Shown here: positions 9,444-19,058 of the stretch, one piece after another
How positions within the stretch are numbered: the stretch's first letter is position 1
Layout: each line of letters starts with the position of its first letter
Assembly (NCBI GenBank): GCA_963676835.2
Contig: CAXXFF010000003.1
Location: 480,001 to 544,000, forward strand
Source of the DNA: Marispirochaeta sp.
Lineage (GTDB): Bacteria; Spirochaetota; Spirochaetia; JC444; Marispirochaetaceae
DNA: 64,000 nt
Reading direction: 5' to 3'
Program-made: the position numbers and the translations under genes
Notes under the pieces: model-generated
Database searches by the model: none
Told to the model about the DNA's origin: nothing
Seen by the model: only the letters and a program-made list of their open reading frames with translations

Positions 9444-10156
9444 GACTGATCCTCTTTTCCCTGCAGATCCGGCATGTACCAGGCACCGAAAAGAGAGGCG
9501 CTGATCAGGGCAATGACAAATGACCAGCCGACAGGGATCCCTGCGCCCTTGACCATCACCAGGTTTATAAGAGCTGCAAGAGCTGCCACAGCCAGACTGC
9601 GTATCTCCCGCTTGACTTCCGGTATTAGAAGAGCTGCAAACAGGGCATAGAGAGTACCCCCCACAGCAAGCTGGGCTTCAGGAGGAAGTACTGCTCCGAA
9701 AAGATGCCCCGCGGCAGTACCGGAAATCCAGCCCATCCAGGCCATTATCTCAAGCCCCGCCATATACGCAGGAGCTATCCAGCCGGTGCTGCCGGAAGCA
9801 ACGGCAAATACTTCGTCGGTATTACCGTAGGCTAAAGCAGCCCGTACCGGCAGAGCTGCCCGCAGCCTGGGGCTTACAGATGCACTCATAAGCAGATAGC
9901 GCATATTAACCATAAGCACCCCGATTATTGTTTCCGCCAGGGCACTGCCGGAAAGAAACAGGTTCAAAGCAAGAAACTGGCTTGCTCCGGCCAGGTTTGT
10001 TATGGAAAAGAGTACTGTTTCCGAAAAGAGGAGCCCGCCGTTTGCAGCTAAAAGGCCGAATGCCACAGCTGCAGGGAAATAGCCGATGAAGATGGGGATA
10101 CCGGAGAGGACACCTTTGAGAAAATCTGAGCCTTCGGATTCGGTAATGAGGGGCAT
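9440..10156 (-). CDS. azlC: AzlC family permease
   Basis: GYFP..VAFG, AGASQF, VNMRYLLMS, TDEVFA. Confidence 0.9.
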   Translation of the reverse strand: MPLITESEGSDFLKGVLSGIPIFIGYFPAAVAFGLLAANGGLLFSETVLFSITNLAGASQFLALNLFLSGSALAETIIGVLMVNMRYLLMSASVSPRLRAALPVRAALAYGNTDEVFAVASGSTGWIAPAYMAGLEIMAWMGWISGTAAGHLFGAVLPPEAQLAVGGTLYALFAALLIPEVKREIRSLAVAALAALINLVMVKGAGIPVGWSFVIALISASLFGAWYMPDLQGKEDQS

Positions 10157-10222
10157 AAAGCTACCCTACCGCCGGGAAAGCTGTTCTGTCAATTATATTT
10201 ACCGCGGAAAGCCCCGGGGCAC

Positions 10223-11437
10223 TTAATTAAAATCGTTGGTATACGCCTGCATCACATGCCGCAAGGCGCGGGTTAAGGGCAGGCAGGTAAGGGTCTCCAC
10301 GGCCAGGCCGTCGCGGTAGACAATGGCATGGAAGTTGTCTCTGGGGGCGGACAGAGCGGAGTTTATCCTGGAACACACATCGCATGGATAGTTGATATCC
10401 ATGCAGTGAACCTTGGCGGTGTTCAGGTTCATACGGGCTGTCTGCTGTGAGGCAGGACACATGTAGGGAATATTTCTGAAATCTTTAACCAGCCCGGGAT
10501 TCTTTAAGTAATTGTCTTTGTCGAATATTGTTATCAGCTTCATAAGGGAAAAGTGGTCAAACTTCATTTTGGTTGAAAGGTAAGCCATTTCGAGCAAACT
10601 CTGGAAGACGGTCAATCCGTTATCATCAAGATTTGAGGCGTCGAATTCGGGACGGACACATTTTTCACCCTGACTCATGAGTATATCAAAGGCATCGCAG
10701 ACACTTACCAGCATGGATTCACTGCTTAAAGAGGCCCGGGTCAGGCCGTTGGGATAACCGCTGCCATCGGGGAGTTCATGATGATCCAGGATGATGGAGG
10801 TTTCTGCCGCCGAGAGAAGATGCCCGTAATTCTCTATGGCCTCCGCTCCATGGTTATGAAAATCACCATTTTTTCCAGTTATTTCCGATAGTGCCAGATC
10901 GGAAAGCAAAGCCGCCGCCATAAGGCTCTTCAGCCGTTCAAGATGGTCGGCTATATCCTCCATTTCATAAAAGAGGTAGTTGATTTCCGCAATCCCCGAG
11001 AGGGCCATAACATTGATGGCGTGCTGAAAAAGGGGATTATCGGTTTTGTTATTTATGAAGTTTTCAAGAATAAACTCATCGAGATTCTTTTCATAGATAA
11101 GATCGACCAGAATATTCTCAAGAATGGGTATTATGTTTTTCTTAACCTGTTCTACGCTTAAAACCTCAGCAAGCTTTGTACCACTGATTGTTTTCAGGAG
11201 CTTTCCGGACATGTTCCGGTAATACTCCTGCGATACTTCCCTTTTGACATATACGGTTAAATCATCAATTTTTTCCGAATACGACCAGTTGGGAAACTTT
11301 GTTATATGCTCTCCCTTTAAGGTGGCACCCTCTTTGAGCAATATATTTCCGTTAATATCCGTAATACGGCTGCACAGAATGTCGCCAGGCTGGCAGTCAA
11401 GGAGTTTGATGTTGTAACTTTTAAAGTATGGTGCCAT
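10223..11437 (-). CDS. HD-GYP-like domain protein (degenerate HD) with Cys-rich C-terminal extension
   Basis: N-terminal PGDIL...GNILLKEG; HAINV; AALLSD in place of ALLHD; HHE.PDGSGYPNGL; VCDAFD. Confidence 0.75.
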   Translation of the reverse strand: MAPYFKSYNIKLLDCQPGDILCSRITDINGNILLKEGATLKGEHITKFPNWSYSEKIDDLTVYVKREVSQEYYRNMSGKLLKTISGTKLAEVLSVEQVKKNIIPILENILVDLIYEKNLDEFILENFINNKTDNPLFQHAINVMALSGIAEINYLFYEMEDIADHLERLKSLMAAALLSDLALSEITGKNGDFHNHGAEAIENYGHLLSAAETSIILDHHELPDGSGYPNGLTRASLSSESMLVSVCDAFDILMSQGEKCVRPEFDASNLDDNGLTVFQSLLEMAYLSTKMKFDHFSLMKLITIFDKDNYLKNPGLVKDFRNIPYMCPASQQTARMNLNTAKVHCMDINYPCDVCSRINSALSAPRDNFHAIVYRDGLAVETLTCLPLTRALRHVMQAYTNDFN

Positions 11438-11816
11438 GGGATACCTCTAACTATAATTTACTCTCATACAATAATCTTTAATAAATCACACTTACTTTGT
11501 CTATTTTAACTATCGAACAATAGCAGCATAGTACTGAAATAAAAAGGGTCAAAAAAGCGTCTAAAAGAGTTAAAAAAAAGGAAGATTTCCCCGCTCAATC
11601 TCCAGGATCCTTACAAGAAATCCTTGGGGTGAAAATATTGCACAAATTATGGAAAAGACTTAAATGCTGACCTTGTCAGAGAGGGAAACGTATCTGCGAT
11701 AAGCCTTTCCATACCTGTGATGTATGGTACTATATAAGCCCCTCAGCGGAATTGATTTTTAAGCTGCTGTTGGGGATATAAAAACAGATATACAGCTACA
11801 GTAAATTGGAGAAAAT

Positions 11817-14800
11817 ATGAACAAAGAACAGAGCCTCCGACGACTCCGATACCGGGTTGTCCCATTCTTCCTAGTGCTTACCCTGCTATATTTGATCGTA
11901 TCCTGCGCAGGAACTCCGGGAGCTGAGAAAAATGAAGCATATGACTTACCCAGGGTTCTCTCGCAAGGCGAGAAGGTCACCATAATTCCCCAGGTTGGGT
12001 ACGGGCTGCTTAACGCCGTCTGGACCGGGGACTTTACCCCGGACATGCACTACCTTCTGGCCGGAGGCAGCGATAATGCCTTAAGAGTCTGGGATCTTGC
12101 GACGGAGCAGCAGATACAGACAGTCTATTACAACCATACCGTTACAGCTGTATGCGGTCTGCAGGACAGCAGATCGGCCATTGTGCTTGCAGGGGACAAT
12201 ATATATATCCAGGATATTTTTACCGGTGAGATTCTCCGGGACCTGGATGTGCAAAAGCCTTCAGCGGTAAAAGTTACCCGCGACCGTTCAAAGGCACTGA
12301 TTATTGCCGGGCCGACCAGCAATCCTCACCTGCTCTGCCTGGACCTGATAAGCGGTGAGAAAAAATCAATTTCCATACCCTGGGAATTCTACCTCTACGG
12401 ACTGGATTCAGGCCAACTCATCGATATCTCTGACGATGGCAAACGGGGACTTATTGCAGACCAGAGCGGCACACTTGGATTCTGGGACCTTGAAAAAGGC
12501 AGACTGCTCAGAAAAGTAGAGACATCGGATGTGCTTAACCGGATAGGCCGGGCTTGCCTGGATTCAAGCGGAAAATATGCCGCAGCCTGGGACTCACGTA
12601 ATAAAAGCCGCTTCGGGATATGGGAGATGGAGAATGGAACTCTCGTTGAGGAAGGAGACAACTACAAAGCTGTACGACCTGAGGATTTCCGCTCGGCCCT
12701 GCTGATGGAGGGGTATTCCCATGGTTCGTCCCCTGACGGCGAGCACTATCTTCTGCTGAATAAAAACTACAACAGGTCATACAGCAGACTTCAGATTCTC
12801 ACCGTAGCGGATATGACAGGGATTTCTATTAAAGCCGATATTGATCCGGTTAAACTGGTAACGGTGTTGGGCAGTGAGGATCAGTACTATGTCTCCCAAG
12901 GATACTATCAGATAAGCATAAGGGATGCCCATACAGGCAAAATCCTTCACCGTGCGCCTACCCGGAGAGGGATTACCAATTTTGAGTCCGGGGAAGACCC
13001 CCGGGCCATGATGATTGGGGAGTATATTGTCTATAAATCGGATTACCGGGAATACACCTTTTACAACGTCACAACAGGTGAAGTTTTCAGTGCGGAAAAA
13101 GAAGTTCCTGAAAGTGTATGGAAAACTGTTCATTCCGAAGAACCCTACAGTGCCTGGACCTTCCCCTCGGGAAAAGATGTTGACACTAACGGGCTTGAGA
13201 CGATTACCATGAAGGAAGAGCTGTATTACCTTCTTACCGAAGGGGATCATTTATCGGAAGAAGATGTAGTTCTTTCCGTTGATATATCTTCCGATGGCAG
13301 CAGAGGTTTAACTGTAGTCTCATCTCCGGATTCCCGGCAAATCCTAAATTTATGGGACCTTAAAAAACAGCGCCGCATTCAGATACTGAAACCCAAATTC
13401 ACGATTCGAGCGGCACAGTTTTCTCCTGATGGTAATTTTTTCCTGTATCTAGACGTAAATAAGATTATAATCGGGAACTCAGAAGACGGCTCAAAGCTGG
13501 AAACTATCCATACTCGGGACAGCGGCTACTTTACAGCAGCTCGTTTCAGCCGGGACGGCAGCCTTATTGCCGCAGGCTCCAGTACAGGAACAATTTCCAT
13601 ATGGAAAACTGACAATGGGAGATTGCTGAAAACCCTGCAGGGAGATGTGGTAGATACCTTTGATTTCTCTTCAGATAACAGCTTTCTGCTGACAGGCTCA
13701 AACGATGGTATTACAAAACTGATAAACCTTGAAACCGGTAGATGGGTGAACTTTCTTACCCATAAGAACGGCAGGGAGTGGCTCACCTACACCGATGAAG
13801 GCTACTGGGATTCGTCTCCCGGCGGCGGCAGCCTTGTGGCCATGGCAAAGGGAGCAGATAACTGGAATATTGATCAGTTTGCTTCGTGGAACAACAGACC
13901 GGACCTTATCCTCTCTTTGCTCCCCCATGCGGATACAGCCCTGCAGGAGCATTACGCCCGACAGAATGCCCGGCGTTTTGAGAAGCTGAATATAGATGCT
14001 GAGTCGGTGATGACGGAGCTGCCCTTTCCGGAAGCTGCAATTACCGGGACCGAGCAGAATGGGAAACAGCTGACCCTCAGTGCATCCTTTTCGGATGAAA
14101 ACTACGATCTTGCCTCATGGAATATCTTTATAAACGATGTTCCCCTGTGGGGGGAAAACGAAGGGATCTCAGGAAATACCGCTGAAATTACCGAGACTAT
14201 TGAGCTTGCTTCGGGTAAGAACAAAATTGAGGTATCCTGTGTAAACTCAATGGGTCTTGAGTCATTCCGACCGGTGTACCATGCCGAATATGAGGCGGAG
14301 GTTTCGGGTGATCTTTACTACATCGGCTTCGGTGTTTCCAGCTACGCCGATGAAAGCCTGACCCTGAACTATGCCCACAAAGATGCCCTGGACCTGGGAG
14401 AACATTTTGCGTCACTCTCGGACACCGGAGAGTACAAAGAAATCCACATTCACACCTGGACGGACGAAGAAGTAAACAGAGAAGCAATTACAGAGGCAAA
14501 GAGCATCCTTCTGGATGCTTCTGTTGACGATACGGTAGTACTGTTTATAGCCGGCCATGGGGTTTATGATGATGCAGCCGACAGAACCTACTACTACCTT
14601 GTACACGATTCCGACCTCTCACAGCTTTCTGAGACCGCAGCGGATTTTGAACTGATAGAGGATATACTGGCAGGAATTCCTCCCCGGAACAAACTGTTTC
14701 TGATGGATACCTGTGAATCGGGAGAGATTGATCCTGAAGTAAGGACTACCGCCCTGACTATTGCGGGCAGCCGTGGTATTTCCGCCCGCAGCATTGAGTC

Positions 14801-15899
14801 CCGGGGACTTTCCCGGAAAAATGTGCAGGAAGAGACCTCTACTGAAGTGTACTACCCCACAGACCGGGACAGCTACATCTATAACGACCTCCGCCGGCGT
14901 ACAGGAGCCATTGTATTCTCCTCTTCCCGGGGAAACGAATACTCCTATGAAAGTGATGAAATTGAGAACGGCTACTTTACCCATAACATTCTTAAAGCCT
15001 TGAATTATTCCCTCAATGATCTGGATGAAAACGGACTGATATCAACGGATGAACTGCGGGGCCTTGTAACCGACGGGGTTTCCTCCGACACCGGAGGGAT
15101 GCAGCATCCTGTTGTTGACCGGGATAACATCTACCAGATCTTCGGATTCATTCCCGGTAATATCCTCGAGTTTATAGATGTTGAAGGCGGCTCCCTGACT
15201 CCGGAATATGGCAGGAATGTACGGCTCTCAAAAATTGAACCGGTTATGGTTGAAGATTTTATGTTGAGTAAATACGAGGTAACCCGGAAACTCTACCAGG
15301 AAGTAATGGGGATTAAGGATAGAAGTTCTGTTACAGGAGCGTACCGAATGCCGGTAGATAATATCAGCTTCGTGGATGCAGTCCGCTTCTGCAACGCCTT
15401 GAGTAAGAGAGACGGCTTTGAACCGGCATACACAATCGGCGATGAGGATACCCCGGTTATACACTGGAACAGAGATAAAAACGGCTACAGGCTGCCTACA
15501 GAAGCGGAATGGGAGTTTGCCGCAGCTGTTGACGGCAAGGATGTTTACTCGAACCGCATAAAGGACGCATACCTTGAAGAGTATGCCTGGTACCGGGAAA
15601 CAAGCGACGGCCCGCGGGAGATCGGCACTAAAAAAGCTAATTTACTTGGTCTCTACGACATGCTCGGCAATGTTCCGGAACTCTGCTGGACAAGCTATCT
15701 GGACCGGAGAAGTACCCTCTACCGGAATGATCCCCTGGTTGTTGATACCGAACATGCGACAGTGAACACAAGCGGGACCGCCCGGGGACTGGTACAGTAC
15801 TCAAGGATTTTTTATACCCGCGACCTTGGAATAGATAATCGGAAGCCCGCCGGTTCTGTAAGTCCTTATTTCGGTCTCAGGCTGGCCCGGAACAAGTAA
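11817..15899 (+). CDS. Lipoprotein with WD40 repeats, caspase (peptidase C14) domain and FGE-sulfatase (SUMF1) domain
   Basis: LIVSC lipobox; WD repeats (GSDNALRVWD, GSSTGTISIW, GSNDGITKL); FIAGHG and MDTCESG dyad; KYEVT, YRLPTEAEWEFAA, GLYDMLGNV, FGLRLAR. Confidence 0.88.
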   Translation: MNKEQSLRRLRYRVVPFFLVLTLLYLIVSCAGTPGAEKNEAYDLPRVLSQGEKVTIIPQVGYGLLNAVWTGDFTPDMHYLLAGGSDNALRVWDLATEQQIQTVYYNHTVTAVCGLQDSRSAIVLAGDNIYIQDIFTGEILRDLDVQKPSAVKVTRDRSKALIIAGPTSNPHLLCLDLISGEKKSISIPWEFYLYGLDSGQLIDISDDGKRGLIADQSGTLGFWDLEKGRLLRKVETSDVLNRIGRACLDSSGKYAAAWDSRNKSRFGIWEMENGTLVEEGDNYKAVRPEDFRSALLMEGYSHGSSPDGEHYLLLNKNYNRSYSRLQILTVADMTGISIKADIDPVKLVTVLGSEDQYYVSQGYYQISIRDAHTGKILHRAPTRRGITNFESGEDPRAMMIGEYIVYKSDYREYTFYNVTTGEVFSAEKEVPESVWKTVHSEEPYSAWTFPSGKDVDTNGLETITMKEELYYLLTEGDHLSEEDVVLSVDISSDGSRGLTVVSSPDSRQILNLWDLKKQRRIQILKPKFTIRAAQFSPDGNFFLYLDVNKIIIGNSEDGSKLETIHTRDSGYFTAARFSRDGSLIAAGSSTGTISIWKTDNGRLLKTLQGDVVDTFDFSSDNSFLLTGSNDGITKLINLETGRWVNFLTHKNGREWLTYTDEGYWDSSPGGGSLVAMAKGADNWNIDQFASWNNRPDLILSLLPHADTALQEHYARQNARRFEKLNIDAESVMTELPFPEAAITGTEQNGKQLTLSASFSDENYDLASWNIFINDVPLWGENEGISGNTAEITETIELASGKNKIEVSCVNSMGLESFRPVYHAEYEAEVSGDLYYIGFGVSSYADESLTLNYAHKDALDLGEHFASLSDTGEYKEIHIHTWTDEEVNREAITEAKSILLDASVDDTVVLFIAGHGVYDDAADRTYYYLVHDSDLSQLSETAADFELIEDILAGIPPRNKLFLMDTCESGEIDPEVRTTALTIAGSRGISARSIESRGLSRKNVQEETSTEVYYPTDRDSYIYNDLRRRTGAIVFSSSRGNEYSYESDEIENGYFTHNILKALNYSLNDLDENGLISTDELRGLVTDGVSSDTGGMQHPVVDRDNIYQIFGFIPGNILEFIDVEGGSLTPEYGRNVRLSKIEPVMVEDFMLSKYEVTRKLYQEVMGIKDRSSVTGAYRMPVDNISFVDAVRFCNALSKRDGFEPAYTIGDEDTPVIHWNRDKNGYRLPTEAEWEFAAAVDGKDVYSNRIKDAYLEEYAWYRETSDGPREIGTKKANLLGLYDMLGNVPELCWTSYLDRRSTLYRNDPLVVDTEHATVNTSGTARGLVQYSRIFYTRDLGIDNRKPAGSVSPYFGLRLARNK

Positions 15900-15916
15900 C
15901 AGGAACGGATTATGTA

Positions 15917-16146
15917 TCCTGCCTGGTCGGTTGCTTCACAACCTGCTCAGGCTTTGCGTCCTGCCTGGTCGGTTGCTTCGCAACCTGCTAAGGTTCTGCG
16001 TCAGGGATATGGAGGGTGCCGAAGGCAGACCCTGCACCTAAATCCTTGATCAGCTATTTCAAATACGAAGAATCCTCAGTAAGGATTTAGGTGCAGGGGC
16101 CGAAGCCCGGAACAGCCCGGCCCGAACGATAGTGAGGGAGACGCCC
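15917..16146. repeat. Palindromic REP-like composite: two 42-bp tandem units plus an 18-bp inverted repeat
   Basis: 15917-15958 and 15959-16000 near-identical, each with a GGTTGC-TTC-(A/G)CAACC hairpin; CCCTGCACCTAAATCCTT (16030-16047) / AAGGATTTAGGTGCAGGG (16081-16098). Confidence 0.8.
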
Positions 16147-16248
16147 GGAAAAACCAGCTGTTTTAGAACAGAAAATTACGTAAGCATTGTTTAAGCGCAG
16201 TTTGTATGCTATATGTTTAAGCATCTAAAACTTTCAAGGAGTAATGTT

Positions 16249-16536
16249 ATGAGAAAACTGAAGTTTTTCGCCCTGGCCCTTGCGCTCAGCATGGTCCTCT
16301 TTTCCTGTGCTACATTTACCTTTCCGGTAAGTGCCACAAGCAATGAAATGGGTTCAAAAGTCGGTGTTGCAACCGGTGTAACCTACCTGTCAATGTTTGG
16401 TGATGACACCAACACCAGTATTCAGGCAGCTGCTGCCAACGGCGGAATTACAAAAATTTCTTCCGTAGACTTTTCCTATAATCCCGGGATCCTCGGAATT
16501 ATTCAGACCTACACCTGTACTGTTACAGGGGAATAG
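16249..16536 (+). CDS. TRL-like family lipoprotein
   Basis: AAGGAG SD before ATG 16249; LFSC lipobox; SKVG...SIQAAAANGGITKISSVD...TVTGE. Confidence 0.8.
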   Translation: MRKLKFFALALALSMVLFSCATFTFPVSATSNEMGSKVGVATGVTYLSMFGDDTNTSIQAAAANGGITKISSVDFSYNPGILGIIQTYTCTVTGE

Positions 16537-16579
16537 GAACTTATAGCCGGAGGCTGTTGCGGTCTCCGGCTTTATTATT

Positions 16580-17107
16580 ATGAAAAAACTACTTTTACCC
16601 GCTTTAGCTCTGCTGATGTTTCTCTCATGTACTACCACCGGTCGGGAAGTCAGGATTTTCTTTATTGACCAGGGAAAGCTTCAATATTTTCTGCCCAATG
16701 AGACCTGGATAGACCGGGAGAAACCGGATACTTCCATGGATGCAGACGTTCTTTTCCGCTCATATGCTCTTGAAAACGAACAGGAAGCAATGACAATCTT
16801 TAACTTTACCCTGCGGTCCGGCGATCCGGCGATACTGCACGGGAATCCTGTTGTTTCCCTTGCTTTATGCAATGGTGATTCTGAGGTGGTGCATCCTGAA
16901 GGTGTAGAGGTTCTGTTTACCGACAGAGGCATGGTGCGCTATACAAGCTTTATGTCAAGCAGTGATTTTTCAGCTTACATGAACAGCTGTGAGGAGCCTG
17001 TAATTATGCTTGAGACAGCCAGGGGAAGCTTTAAGTTTGTATCCAAATCCGGTGCATTTTATGAGCACATCGATTATTTTAAAACCGTCAGACCCGAGAT
17101 AAATTAA
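16580..17107 (+). CDS. Hypothetical lipoprotein
   Basis: MKKLLL...FLSC lipobox; follows the TRL-like gene. Confidence 0.7.
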   Translation: MKKLLLPALALLMFLSCTTTGREVRIFFIDQGKLQYFLPNETWIDREKPDTSMDADVLFRSYALENEQEAMTIFNFTLRSGDPAILHGNPVVSLALCNGDSEVVHPEGVEVLFTDRGMVRYTSFMSSSDFSAYMNSCEEPVIMLETARGSFKFVSKSGAFYEHIDYFKTVRPEIN

Positions 17108-17116
17108 AAGGCACCG

Positions 17117-18406
17117 CTAAAATATTCCCGAAGTCAGTTCACCCTTTTCGTTAAAAACCATCTCTGCAGGTTCCGACTCGACAATTAAATCCGGATAGTT
17201 TTTCATCTCTTCCAGGTAGGCTTCGGAAAGGAGAATATGCTCGATTTCCAGGGTGTTTACTATGCGCACTACTTTTAGTTTTTCCTTGTCCACACCGGTA
17301 CAGGTGCGCAGGCAGATCTGGATGGCCTCTTTGTCGGTATCCATTATTGCGGGAATTTTTGAGTTACCTAAAACCGTACTGGTTATTCCGTTGGCGTACA
17401 TGGAGTTGAGGTCCATTTTGTCAAAAAGCCTTCGGGTTATGGAGGTAGCGGGACCGATACCGATGGCGTTTCCGCATGATTCTTCGGTGAGATCAAGAAT
17501 TGCGATGCGCTGTGACTTGAGACCGCCGGAAGCATAGGGAGTAATAAAGGTGCCGGTTATGTTGGGGTCCATTCCGGCTCCGCTTATATCCTTGCCTATT
17601 TCATCGACTATTAGCACGTCGCACTCACCTACAATAATTTTACCCATGGCGGCATAGGCTTCCTTGAGCAGTTTGGGCTCCTCTTCGGCAATATCGGGAG
17701 CGTCTACAGCGGCGATTTTCATGGTTTTGTCGAAGGCGTTTTCGACCATTGCCACGGCACAGAGTATGGGCGCATGTTTGATTATTGCCTTACCGAACCT
17801 GGGAACATTTTCGCCCATGTTTTTGAAGCCTTCGTTATGGCACTGCTCTGCGCCGTACTGTTTGCCCAGGCCGATGGTCATCATCTTCATGATGCCGCTT
17901 TCGTAAGGCCCCCGGAAACCGGTGTGAGGTTTGACGCGGCATGAGACTATAATGCCGTCGGCTTCTGCAGCAAATTTATCGATGTAGACATCCCTGCCAT
18001 CCTCTGTCTGCCCCACACAGGTGACCTCCATGGAAGAGAGGATGGGACAGCCCACGTACTCTTCGGTGACTCCGTAGCCTTCCAGGATGTGCCGCTGGCC
18101 TTCGGCGGATGCGCCGCCGTGGCTGCCCATGGCAGGAACTACAAAGGGTTCGGCTCCCAGGCTTTTGAGGTGGTCCGCTATGGATTTTGTGATGAGGGCA
18201 ACGTTGTCCACTCCCCTGCTTCCGGCGGTGATGGCTATGCGCATTCCCGGCTTTATTTTTGCCGCGATCTTTTCTGCAGAGAGTCCTTCTGCAACTACTG
18301 CGGGGATATTTTCCACAGGAATTTTCTCTCTGGTTAAAAGCTGTTTAACACGGAACATCTTGGGGACGGGAACATCTTTCAGTAGCTTGGATACGATACC
18401 GCTCAT
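17117..18406 (-). CDS. LarA-like (DUF2088) lactate racemase domain protein
   Basis: IAITAGSRG, PAMGSHGGA, RVKPHT, ESGIMKMMTIGLGK, GKDISGAGMD; start moved to ATG 18406 with GAGGT SD. Confidence 0.8.
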   Translation of the reverse strand: MSGIVSKLLKDVPVPKMFRVKQLLTREKIPVENIPAVVAEGLSAEKIAAKIKPGMRIAITAGSRGVDNVALITKSIADHLKSLGAEPFVVPAMGSHGGASAEGQRHILEGYGVTEEYVGCPILSSMEVTCVGQTEDGRDVYIDKFAAEADGIIVSCRVKPHTGFRGPYESGIMKMMTIGLGKQYGAEQCHNEGFKNMGENVPRFGKAIIKHAPILCAVAMVENAFDKTMKIAAVDAPDIAEEEPKLLKEAYAAMGKIIVGECDVLIVDEIGKDISGAGMDPNITGTFITPYASGGLKSQRIAILDLTEESCGNAIGIGPATSITRRLFDKMDLNSMYANGITSTVLGNSKIPAIMDTDKEAIQICLRTCTGVDKEKLKVVRIVNTLEIEHILLSEAYLEEMKNYPDLIVESEPAEMVFNEKGELTSGIF

Positions 18407-18431
18407 GGTGACCTCTCTTATTAGTACACCA

Positions 18432-18460
18432 ATGGTATACAAGGTAAAAGATGCTGTCAA
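18432..18460 (-). promoter_or_regulatory. Promoter of the LarA-like gene with overlapping GntR-type box
   Basis: TTGACA-17-TACCAT; TGGTATACAA (18433-18442) overlaps the -10. Confidence 0.6.
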
Positions 18461-18617
18461 TTGAAGCTGTTTTATAACATAATTTTCAGAGTCCAACCTG
18501 AGGATAAATTTGGTCAACTTGACTAATCAACTTCAACCGAACATGAATGAGATCTCAAGACCGGGCGCGTCTTTTTTATTGATTGTCTACAATCCAAGAA
18601 AGTCATATACTGAAGCT

Positions 18618-18860
18618 ATGGAAAGTACCTATTCGATGCATCTTAAAATTACAAGAGTCGAAAACGGACAGTACCTTGCTGAATCTGATGATATTCCCGG
18701 TCTAATTGCACAGGGCCGTACAATCACTGAAACCATAGAAATTGCTCAGGATGTTGCAAGGAAACTGATTGATTCCTTTTCTGAACATGGTGATCCTGTG
18801 CCTTCAAGCCTGAAACCTATTTCTGATAAAATTGAGTTGGACATTGCTGTAGGCGTATAA
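18618..18860 (+). CDS. hicB: HicB family antitoxin
   Basis: YLAESDDIPGLIAQGRTITETIEIAQD...HGDPVP; TTGTCT-17-TATACT promoter 6 nt before ATG 18618. Confidence 0.85.
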   Translation: MESTYSMHLKITRVENGQYLAESDDIPGLIAQGRTITETIEIAQDVARKLIDSFSEHGDPVPSSLKPISDKIELDIAVGV

Positions 18861-18964
18861 ATGGGTCGGCTATTCCGAATCATCCTGGAGATATTCCCGA
18901 AGGTACGATGAAAGCCATCTTACGGCAGTCGGGTGTAGACGTCGACGATTTCCTCGACGCTTAG
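18861..18964 (+). pseudogene. hicA: HicA toxin pseudogene with internal deletion and frameshift
   Basis: ATG GGT CGG CT (MGRL) directly after the hicB stop, joined out of frame to IPNHPGDIPEGTMKAILRQSGVDVDDFLDA*. Confidence 0.8.
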
Positions 18965-19058
18965 CTGATCATTCAGCTGCCTTTTTTTAAACCTTGACAA
19001 ATAATACTCAAGAAAAGCATCATGCCTGAACTATCGAATTACCACTCCGGGAGAACTG

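Noticed and set aside
15700..15899. FGE domain as a DGR variable region
   Set aside because: No template repeat or reverse transcriptase in the window; a remote DGR cannot be excluded.
15917..16000. CRISPR-like repeats
   Set aside because: Only two abutting units, no spacer, no cas genes.
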